Of a stretch of 64,000 bases of DNA, positions 26,878-34,922 are shown one piece after another. The DNA lies in the NCBI GenBank assembly GCA_963665295.1, contig OY762209.1:1472001-1536000 (forward strand), given 5' to 3'. Position numbers and translations under genes: made by a program. The notes under the pieces were generated by a model, which did no database searches, had not been told where the DNA came from, and was given only the letters and a program-made list of their open reading frames with translations. Every line of letters begins with the position of its first letter. The first letter of the stretch is position 1. This stretch comes from Syntrophorhabdaceae bacterium (GTDB lineage: Bacteria; Desulfobacterota; Syntrophorhabdia; Syntrophorhabdales; Syntrophorhabdaceae).

Positions 26878-27528
26878 ATGCCCGTCCATCACCATTTGCC
26901 CAAAGAAGGGATGATATACCAGAGGGAGCAGTACGCCAAGGGCGGCGCGGGAAGGCGCTACTGGGACTACAGGGACAACATTGTATTCTCCTACATTCTC
27001 CCCCGCCACAAGAGCATCGTGGACATAGGGTGCGGAGAGGGCATCGCCCTTGAAAAACTGACCGGGTTATTTCCCGGGAACGAGGTGGTGGGTGTGGACC
27101 TCGAACTGGAGAATATCGAGATCTGCCGGGAGCACGGGCTGACCGCCGTTTATTCGAATGTCTACGAACTTGCCCTGCCCACGGCTCGCTTTGACGTGGC
27201 CATCTGCATCGACGTCCTCGAGCACCTCACAAGACCCGAAGACGGGGTGAAGGAGCTTTACAGGATTTTGAGGCCCGGCGGCCGCCTCATAATCGTCATA
27301 CCCAACGACAGGAACTTCTTTCTGTCCCGTCTCGCCCTGGGGATGATAAAAGAGGCTTTCTACGACGCGGGTCACGAGAGACAGTGGAGACCCCGGGAAG
27401 TGGCGGGCCTGCTGGAAAGAACGGGGTTCGGGATCGCGGCGGGAAGGAGCATCCCCTTCCTTTTGTGGCATACGAGCCTTCACCACGTGATCGTGGCGGA
27501 AAAAAGGTCCGGAGGGGAGAAAGGATGA
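26878..27528 (+). CDS. Class I SAM-dependent methyltransferase
   Basis: VDIGCGEG, DVLEHL, RILRPGG. Confidence 0.9.
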   Translation: MPVHHHLPKEGMIYQREQYAKGGAGRRYWDYRDNIVFSYILPRHKSIVDIGCGEGIALEKLTGLFPGNEVVGVDLELENIEICREHGLTAVYSNVYELALPTARFDVAICIDVLEHLTRPEDGVKELYRILRPGGRLIIVIPNDRNFFLSRLALGMIKEAFYDAGHERQWRPREVAGLLERTGFGIAAGRSIPFLLWHTSLHHVIVAEKRSGGEKG

Positions 27529-28271
27529 AGCGCCGCCTCAACTGGCAGGTTACCTTCGCGTGCATCCTCATCGTCCTTTCCATCATTCTCTATGTGTGCC
27601 ATTATCTCATCTTCAAGGACGGTCACCGGATTTTCCTCGACCTTCTCGAATATATCGCCTTCATCCCGGTCCAGGTGCTCCTGGTCACCCTCGTGATAGA
27701 CAAGCTGCTCAGGGTGAGGGAGAAACGAACCCTCCTCAAAAAGCTGAACATGGTGATAGGCGTGTTTTTCAGCGAGGTGGGGATGGACCTGGTAAGGCGT
27801 TTCCTTGCCTTTGAATCCAACCGGGAGCGCCTGTCGGAGAATCTGATCCTCTCGCCGGAATGGACGGGCAAGCAATTTCTCCAGGCCCGGAAGGCGATAA
27901 AGGATTTCGGGCATGAACTGGACCTGAGCGGCGGCGGCCTCGTGGAACTCGGGACCTTCCTTGAGGGGAAGAAATATTTCCTCCTCCGTCTCCTCGAAAA
28001 CCCCAACCTGCTGGAACACGAGAGCTTCACCAACCTTTTGTGGGCCGTCACCCACCTGGCGGAGGAACTCTCATTCAGAGAGGGGCTTACCGGCCTTCCC
28101 CAGGAGGACCTCGGCCATCTTTCGGGGGACATAAAGCGTGTCTATACGCTTCTGATCTCGGAATGGCTCGTCTACATGAGCCATCTCCACGGCGCGTACC
28201 CTTACCTCTATTCCCTGGCGGTAAGGACCAACCCCTTTAATCCGAATGCAAAGGCCGGGTTCGGGGGATAG
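27525..28271 (+). CDS. Hypothetical membrane protein (two N-terminal TM helices)
   Basis: ATGA overlap with the upstream stop; motifs LLENPNLLEHESFT and YPYLYSLAVRTNPF. Confidence 0.8.
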   Translation: MKRRLNWQVTFACILIVLSIILYVCHYLIFKDGHRIFLDLLEYIAFIPVQVLLVTLVIDKLLRVREKRTLLKKLNMVIGVFFSEVGMDLVRRFLAFESNRERLSENLILSPEWTGKQFLQARKAIKDFGHELDLSGGGLVELGTFLEGKKYFLLRLLENPNLLEHESFTNLLWAVTHLAEELSFREGLTGLPQEDLGHLSGDIKRVYTLLISEWLVYMSHLHGAYPYLYSLAVRTNPFNPNAKAGFGG

Positions 28272-28291
28272 ATGCGGACAATGGTGAGACC

Positions 28292-29443
28292 ATGAAGATA
28301 GCGAAGAGGGCGGAGGCGATCACCCCCTTTTATGTAATGGAACTTCTCGAAAAGGCCAAAGCCATGGAGGCCCGGGGGGAAGACATAGTCCACATGGAGG
28401 TGGGAGAACCCGACTTCCCGAGCCCCCTTTCCGTGAAGGAAGAGGCGGTAAGGGCGATTATGGAGAACAGGACCTTTTATACCCACAGCCTCGGGCTTCC
28501 GGAACTGAGGGAGAAGGTCGCGGAATTCTACCTCAAATCGCACCATGTGCATGTATCGCCCGAGAGGGTAGTGATTACGAACGGGACCTCGGGCGCATTT
28601 TTGCTGCTCGCGGCCACCCTCCTCGACGGAGGGGACGTGCTCGCCCTATCCGACCCCGGATACCCCTGTTACAGGAACTTCGGTGTTTTCGTGGACGCCG
28701 CGGTCCTGCCCCTGCCCGTGTCGGAGGAGACGGGATATGCCCTCACCACCGGCCATTTCCGCAGTGTGAAGGATAAACCCCGCGTCGTGGTAATCTCCAA
28801 TCCCTCCAATCCCACGGGCGCCGTGTACAGGCAGGAGGCACTCTCGGACCTTTATGAATTCCTGGCGGCCCGGGACATAACGGTGGTGATGGACGAGATA
28901 TACTCGGGCCTTTGCTACGGCCGTGAAATGAGAACGGCTCTGGCCATATCGGACGACATCATCGTGGTGAACGGTTTTTCGAAGACCTATGCCATGACCG
29001 GCTGGAGGCTCGGCTGGATGGTGGTGCCCGAGGCCCTGGTGAGGCCGGTTCAGAAGGTCGCCCAGAACGTGTTCATATCGCCGCCCTCCATCTCGCAATA
29101 CGCCGCGCTCCAGGCCTTTGACGTGGCCGACGAACTTGCGAACATGAAGAGGACCTATGAGGAGCGGCGCGATTTCATGCTCGCGAGACTCAGGGGTCTC
29201 GGATTCCGTATACCTCTCGATCCGGAAGGGGCGTTCTACATTTACGGGGGCATTGAGCGGTGGGGCATCGACAGCATGGTGTTTGTCGAGAGGGCCCTGA
29301 GGGAAGCGAAAACGGCCATTACCCCGGGATACGACTTCGGCGCCTTCAGGGCGGGGTCCCACGTGCGTTTCTCCTATGCCAACAGCATGGAGCGGCTCAA
29401 AGAGGGCTGTGACCGGCTGGAGACGTGGCTTACGGGCCTGTGA
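28292..29443 (+). CDS. PLP-dependent aminotransferase class I/II
   Basis: EVGEPDF, SNPSNPTG, DEIY, GFSKTYAMTGWRLG. Confidence 0.95.
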   Translation: MKIAKRAEAITPFYVMELLEKAKAMEARGEDIVHMEVGEPDFPSPLSVKEEAVRAIMENRTFYTHSLGLPELREKVAEFYLKSHHVHVSPERVVITNGTSGAFLLLAATLLDGGDVLALSDPGYPCYRNFGVFVDAAVLPLPVSEETGYALTTGHFRSVKDKPRVVVISNPSNPTGAVYRQEALSDLYEFLAARDITVVMDEIYSGLCYGREMRTALAISDDIIVVNGFSKTYAMTGWRLGWMVVPEALVRPVQKVAQNVFISPPSISQYAALQAFDVADELANMKRTYEERRDFMLARLRGLGFRIPLDPEGAFYIYGGIERWGIDSMVFVERALREAKTAITPGYDFGAFRAGSHVRFSYANSMERLKEGCDRLETWLTGL

Positions 29444-29699
29444 CAATCCTGTACCTGTACCTCCATGGGAGCAACTTTTTCCTGACCCCATTTTTGTTTG
29501 ACAAAAACCCGTAAGGAAGGATAGCATTTGACGAATTACAGCCCTCACCGGGCCTCAGGCAGGCGGAGTGTCCAATGAAGAAGGGTTCAGTTTTCTTGCC
29601 TCGCCCCACCTTGTGTTGCCGGTATTCCGCCCGCGACAGGGGAAAATTGGTCCGGTGACATTCGCGTGAATTTGTGAACTTTCGAACCGGTGATGGGCA

Positions 29700-30776
29700 A
29701 TGAGAAGCGGCGTCAGTCTGAAATTCTGGATCGGGGGATTTTTTCTGTCCCTTCTGATCATCACGGGTATTTCGTTTCTTTTTGGAGACTCGGTACTTGT
29801 CTACACGTGGTCTTCCGACCTCGGGACGTGGATCAGGCCGCCCGGAACCGTTTACAGGCACCGGAGCGAGGGTTGGGGGACGGCACACTTCGGGCAGCTT
29901 GATGTTATCGGTGTTCGTGATATATCGAAGACCGGGGTTCCTGCCATAGCCATATGGGGTGATTCCCACGTCGAAGCATTTCAGGTCGAGCAGTGGGAAA
30001 AAATGCAGGAGCAACTGGTGGATATATGGAAGTCCCATGGAAGGACCGGCCTTACCGCCTTCGGGATAGGCAAGTCTGAGGCGTCGGTGGCGGATTACTA
30101 TTTTCAGATACCTCATTACGAAAAGAAGTGCCCCTCCATTCTTGCCCATGTCATAATTATTTCCGGCATGGATGATGTTTTGCCGGACCAGCCGTCCGCG
30201 GTACACGGGGCCTTTGAATCAAAACCGGAATACCGGCTTGTCGAGCATAACAGGGCTCCCGCCCACGTCCGGGTCAGGGCAGCTTTGAGAAAGTGGGGAT
30301 TGGACTTCGTATGGTTGTCGGCAGTGCCGCTCATAAAGGATACAAAGCTGCGGTTTTCACCGGGGCCCGCCGGGACAGGCCGGGAGAGGGTCGAAATTGT
30401 TCGCGAGCCGAACCCCGGCAAAGCATTTTCCTTCCTCCTGAGCGCGTTGAGGCGTCAGACCGCCAAGCCTGTCACCTTTGTTTATTGTCCGGAAGCGCCC
30501 ACGATTAAGGGCGGCAAAGTGGACTTCGCAGACCGCGATGCGGGCATTGTCCCCATATTTGCAGAGGAATGCCGGCGTAATGGCATCGGGTTCATTGATA
30601 TGACGCGGGATTTCCGGAATTACTATGAGGAAGAAGGGGCCTTTCCCCGCGGGTTTTCCAATTCCAGGCCTTCACAGGGGCATTTCAACAGCGGCGGCCA
30701 TCGTCTGGTGGCAAAGGCAATATACCGGGCGTACCGGTCCATGAACGGGATATCCGATGCTCTTCACACACATTGA
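29700..30776 (+). CDS. SGNH/GDSL hydrolase-fold periplasmic O-acyltransferase partner (AlgJ/AlgX-like)
   Basis: N-terminal TM, WGDSHVEA block I, GHFNSGGH block V; overlaps the MBOAT gene. Confidence 0.75.
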   Translation: MRSGVSLKFWIGGFFLSLLIITGISFLFGDSVLVYTWSSDLGTWIRPPGTVYRHRSEGWGTAHFGQLDVIGVRDISKTGVPAIAIWGDSHVEAFQVEQWEKMQEQLVDIWKSHGRTGLTAFGIGKSEASVADYYFQIPHYEKKCPSILAHVIIISGMDDVLPDQPSAVHGAFESKPEYRLVEHNRAPAHVRVRAALRKWGLDFVWLSAVPLIKDTKLRFSPGPAGTGRERVEIVREPNPGKAFSFLLSALRRQTAKPVTFVYCPEAPTIKGGKVDFADRDAGIVPIFAEECRRNGIGFIDMTRDFRNYYEEEGAFPRGFSNSRPSQGHFNSGGHRLVAKAIYRAYRSMNGISDALHTH

Positions 30777-32163
30777 GTTTCTGATCTTTTTCACGGCCCT
30801 TCTCGGTTGCCTGTGGGCAGTCCGGGAAAACAGGGTTCGCAAGGTCCTTATGCTGGCGGGGTGTTACTATTTCTACGCATACTGGGACTGGCGGTTTCTC
30901 GGCCTGCTGGCGATCCCCACTGTTTCGGACTACCTGATCGGGAAATACCTGTCAAGGTCAATCTCTCCCACACGACGGGGTCTGCTGGTTGCGGCGAGTC
31001 TGACCATCAACCTCGGTATCCTCGCAGCCTTCAAGTATTTCAAGTTCTTTGTTTCATCCCTGCAACACCTCTTCATTCCCCTCGGGCTTCAGACGGACAG
31101 CCTGTCCATCATCCTGCCCCTGGGCATATCTTTCTATACCCTGAGAACCTTGAGCTACACCATCGATGTGTACCGGGGCAAGCTCGAACCTTGCACGAGC
31201 CTGCTCGACTATGCGGTCTTTGTCGGTTTCTTTCCCACCATGGTTGCCGGGCCCATTGTAAGGGCCTCCGAGCTTCTTCCTCAATTGGTGCGCCCTGTGG
31301 TCATGGACTTTCAGAATATCCTGTCCGGGTTCAGATTATTCGTCATAGGGTTGTTCCTGAAGGTTTTCGTGGCGGACAGAATCGCCATGTTTACGAACTA
31401 CGTTTTCGGGAATGTGGGCGTCTTTGATTCCCTCACCGTCTGGCTGGCGGTAACGGGCTACTCGGTGCAGCTCTACTGTGATTTTGCCGGATACTCCGAA
31501 ATGGCCATAGGCGTGGCAAGAGCGATGGGGTACCAGGTCCCGGACAACTTCAATTTTCCTTATCTGTCGAGGAACATAGCCGATTTCTGGAGGCGCTGGC
31601 ACATCACCCTGTCGAACTGGATCAGGGACTACGTTTACATAAGCCTGGGGGGCAATCGAAAGGGCGAGGTTCGAACCTACCTCAACCTTATGGTTGCCAT
31701 GACCTTGTGCGGGCTGTGGCATGGCGCCGCCTGGACCTTCGTGTTCTGGGGCCTGTGGCATGGCGCGGCACTGGTTGCTCAGCGTCTTTGGGCGGCCAGG
31801 AGAGGTCGCGTGGGGACGGCCCATGACCCCGGTCCGTTCCCGGGGTTCGCGGGCCGGATCATTACGCTCCTCACCGTTGTTGTGGGATGGGTGTTCTTTC
31901 GGGCAGACGGTTTCGGTAATGCCCTGACCATACTCGGCAAGATGTTTTACCACGGCGGCGGCGTCTCATGGTACCATCCCTTTGTCCTGGGCATTCTTTT
32001 TTGTTTTATCCTGGTCCAATTGGCGGAATTGTTCCGGTGGGGCGAGTACCACAGGCTCCCCCTGTCCGCCTGGTACACACCGACCGTCATTTTCGTAATG
32101 ATCTGGCTGTGCATAGTCTTTCGTCCAAAAGAGTTTGCACCCTTCATTTACTCGCAATTCTGA
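30757..32163 (+). CDS. MBOAT family O-acyltransferase (AlgI/DltB-like)
   Basis: LPLGISFYT, AGPIVR, DFAGYS, FWRRWHITLS, GLWHGA. Confidence 0.95.
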   Translation: MLFTHIEFLIFFTALLGCLWAVRENRVRKVLMLAGCYYFYAYWDWRFLGLLAIPTVSDYLIGKYLSRSISPTRRGLLVAASLTINLGILAAFKYFKFFVSSLQHLFIPLGLQTDSLSIILPLGISFYTLRTLSYTIDVYRGKLEPCTSLLDYAVFVGFFPTMVAGPIVRASELLPQLVRPVVMDFQNILSGFRLFVIGLFLKVFVADRIAMFTNYVFGNVGVFDSLTVWLAVTGYSVQLYCDFAGYSEMAIGVARAMGYQVPDNFNFPYLSRNIADFWRRWHITLSNWIRDYVYISLGGNRKGEVRTYLNLMVAMTLCGLWHGAAWTFVFWGLWHGAALVAQRLWAARRGRVGTAHDPGPFPGFAGRIITLLTVVVGWVFFRADGFGNALTILGKMFYHGGGVSWYHPFVLGILFCFILVQLAELFRWGEYHRLPLSAWYTPTVIFVMIWLCIVFRPKEFAPFIYSQF

Positions 32164-32286
32164 CGAGAAGTTGCAGGGTAAATACAGGACTCGTCCTCTC
32201 GCGGCGCGCACGTGACGGGTCAGGGCAAAACCTTGTTCTTGACAAACGTCGGGAAGTCTTCATATAAATAATACACTTGACGCACC

Positions 32287-33504
32287 ATGAGAGATGACAG
32301 GTCCAATTCATTTAGTGTCCCCGTAAAGATAGGCATAGGTCTGATCGCCCTTTTGTTTATTCTCAACTCGGCCTTTCTCTACCTCTTCGTGAGGGAGAAG
32401 AAGAGGAACAACGACTATGTGAGGATCATGAAGGAGACGAACGAGAAGCTGCTCAGGGTGCGGGAAGCCCTGAACCGGCAGTCCGGGGCTCCTCCGGCCG
32501 ACACGGTAGTCAAGCCGTCTCCCGCGCCGGCGCAGCCCACCGTTGCCCGGTCGGAGCCGAAACAGGCGCCGCCCGCGCCTCCGGAGAAGAAGGCGGTCCA
32601 GGTCGAAGAACCAACAAAGGCTACGCCGCCCCTTGAACGGGTGGTAAAGCTCGTTGTCCCGCCCGAGTCGACCCCTGCCCCCTTTGTGTCTGCCGATGCG
32701 GGAGAAATCGTCCTGATTTGCGAGAAGGACTCAAAGACGCTCCATGTCTTTCGCTTCGGGAACGGCAGGTTTTCTCTTGTCAAATCCTACCCGTGCATTA
32801 TAGGGGCGAACAACGGGGACAAGAGGAAGGCGGGAGATGCCGCCACTCCGAAAGGGGTCTACTTCATCATGCGCTTCACCCCGGGGAGCAAGCTGCCGGG
32901 AGATTACGGCACAGGGGCTTTCGTCCTCAGCTACCCGAACCTCCTGGACCGGAAAAACGGGAAACAGGGCAACGGGATCTGGCTCCATGGCCATGATAAC
33001 AAGAAGAACCTGAACGACCTCCTGAACACCAAGGGGTGCATAGTCGTCACCAATGATGTGATCAAGGAGTTGTCGGCAATCATCGTACCCCAGAGCACCC
33101 CCATCGCCATTGTGGACACCCTGAAGTTTGTACCGCAGAAGGACCAGCGCGCCGCGGGAGAGGAGATCAAGGGATTTGTCAGCTCATGGAGACATGCGTG
33201 GGAAAGCATCAACACGAAAAAGTACCTCAGCTTCTATTCCTCTGATTTCATAAACAATGAAGGCATGAACTACGATGCTTTCAGGAACTACAAGGAAAAG
33301 GTAAACAGCAACAAGAAGTCGATCTTGATCAAAGTCGAAAGAACCGCCATCCTGCTGCCCCAGGACCACGAAAACAAGCTTGCTGTGGTCCGGTTCGATC
33401 AGAGGTACCAATCGAACAACTATAAGAGCGACAGCAGAAAACTTCTCTATCTGAAGAAGAGCAACCACGGTTGGCAGATCATCGGAGAATCAATACTGCA
33501 TTAG
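32287..33504 (+). CDS. L,D-transpeptidase (YkuD domain) with N-terminal anchor and C-terminal NTF2-like domain
   Basis: GDAATPKGVY, YPNLLD, GIWLHG, TKGCIV. Confidence 0.9.
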   Translation: MRDDRSNSFSVPVKIGIGLIALLFILNSAFLYLFVREKKRNNDYVRIMKETNEKLLRVREALNRQSGAPPADTVVKPSPAPAQPTVARSEPKQAPPAPPEKKAVQVEEPTKATPPLERVVKLVVPPESTPAPFVSADAGEIVLICEKDSKTLHVFRFGNGRFSLVKSYPCIIGANNGDKRKAGDAATPKGVYFIMRFTPGSKLPGDYGTGAFVLSYPNLLDRKNGKQGNGIWLHGHDNKKNLNDLLNTKGCIVVTNDVIKELSAIIVPQSTPIAIVDTLKFVPQKDQRAAGEEIKGFVSSWRHAWESINTKKYLSFYSSDFINNEGMNYDAFRNYKEKVNSNKKSILIKVERTAILLPQDHENKLAVVRFDQRYQSNNYKSDSRKLLYLKKSNHGWQIIGESILH

Positions 33505-33575
33505 TTTTTCACACGTCCCTATTGGAAGGAACCTATACTGGCGGCGGGCATAAGACCCAAAGTTTATATTTTCCC

Positions 33576-33604
33576 TTGACAATTATCTTTAACTAGCTGA
33601 TAAT
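33576..33604 (+). promoter_or_regulatory. Sigma70 promoter of the polysaccharide operon
   Basis: TTGACA-17-GATAAT in an AT-rich region. Confidence 0.6.
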
Positions 33605-33660
33605 AATTAATAATTCCTTGAAATGGGCTAAGAGAATACTATTCAGACGGGGTTTAGAAG

Positions 33661-33672
33661 GGCGGTAGCCTG
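33661..33672 (+). promoter_or_regulatory. ops-like antitermination element
   Basis: GGCGGTAGCCTG matches the ops consensus GGCGGTAGnnTG; lies in the 5' leader of wza. Confidence 0.65.
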
Positions 33673-33769
33673 TAAAAAGGGTCGTAATATGCAGGCGTGC
33701 GGCCCGGGATGACAGAGGGTCACTTAAGGCGGCTTGGATGGAAAATATGAAAAGAGGACAAGGTTGGAG

Positions 33770-34858
33770 ATGACGAGAATCACATATCAGCGTTTGCTTC
33801 TTTGCCTTCTCGCCCTGACGGTGCTGATCGCCGGCGGATGTGAATCAGCGCGTACCGTTGAAAGGTCGGTAGATGGGTCGGTCACTGCCATGGACGAAAT
33901 CAGCGATTCGGAGAAGGCGAAGATCCGAATGGGCATTATCAAGGACATCCGGGAGGGCTTGAACCTCTACAGGCTGTCTCCCGGCGACGTGCTGGAGGTA
34001 ATGTACCATCTGTCTCTTACCGCGGAGGCTCAGGACTATCGCATCGGCGTGAATGACGAGCTTAACGTGGATTTCTTCTATCAGCCGGGGTTCAACAGGA
34101 CCGTGGTGGTCCGCCCCGACGGGAAAATTACCCTTCCTCTCAAGGGGGATTTCGAGGCAGCGGGGTTGAAACCGGTTCAGCTCTCAGGGGTAATCGCCAA
34201 GACCTACTCGGATGTCCTCAATAACCCCGTGGTCACCGTGGTGGTCAACAAATATTCATCCAAGATCACCGAGCTTCAGAAAGCCATTACCAACGCGCCG
34301 AGGGGCCAGGCGAAACTTGTCACCGTGGGTCCCGACGGGAACGTTTACCTGCCTTTGCTGAGAGGCGTCAAGGCGGCCGGCAAAACGATCGACGAGTTCA
34401 AGGACACGGTAGTCGCCGAGTACCGGCATGACTTCAACAACCTCAATGTCTCGGTGCTCATCGAGTCATTGGCGGGCAATCGCACCTTTGTCTTCGGCGA
34501 GGTTCAGAAACCCGGGCCACTCGTAATGTCAAAACCGATGACCGTCATGCAGGCCATCGCCATGGCAGGAGGGGTTCTGACTACCGGTTCCCTGGGTAAG
34601 GTGAAGATCCTCTATTGGAATGAGAAGAATCAGCCCGTGGTGCGGACCATTAATCTCAAAAATTCTTTTTCGAGCCTCAAGATAGAAGAAGACCTCATAG
34701 TGCCGAACAACAGCATTATCTTTGTGCCGAGGACCGCGATTGCAGAGGCCGACCGTTGGGTGGATCAGTACATCAGGCAGCTCTTCCTGTGGCAGGGAGA
34801 GAATTTTGCCTTCACCTACGGCGTGTATTCTGCGCCTATCACCACCACGACGAGATGA
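33770..34858 (+). CDS. Polysaccharide export (Wza/OPX family) lipoprotein
   Basis: IAGGC lipobox, VRPDGKITLPL, FVFGEVQKPG, QAIAMAGG (SLBB). Confidence 0.9.
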   Translation: MTRITYQRLLLCLLALTVLIAGGCESARTVERSVDGSVTAMDEISDSEKAKIRMGIIKDIREGLNLYRLSPGDVLEVMYHLSLTAEAQDYRIGVNDELNVDFFYQPGFNRTVVVRPDGKITLPLKGDFEAAGLKPVQLSGVIAKTYSDVLNNPVVTVVVNKYSSKITELQKAITNAPRGQAKLVTVGPDGNVYLPLLRGVKAAGKTIDEFKDTVVAEYRHDFNNLNVSVLIESLAGNRTFVFGEVQKPGPLVMSKPMTVMQAIAMAGGVLTTGSLGKVKILYWNEKNQPVVRTINLKNSFSSLKIEEDLIVPNNSIIFVPRTAIAEADRWVDQYIRQLFLWQGENFAFTYGVYSAPITTTTR

Positions 34859-34922
34859 CCGGGGCTGCGGGACAGGCGGGGTTTATGGGACAGACACAAA
34901 TTTTCTACAGGAAGAGGTGAAA

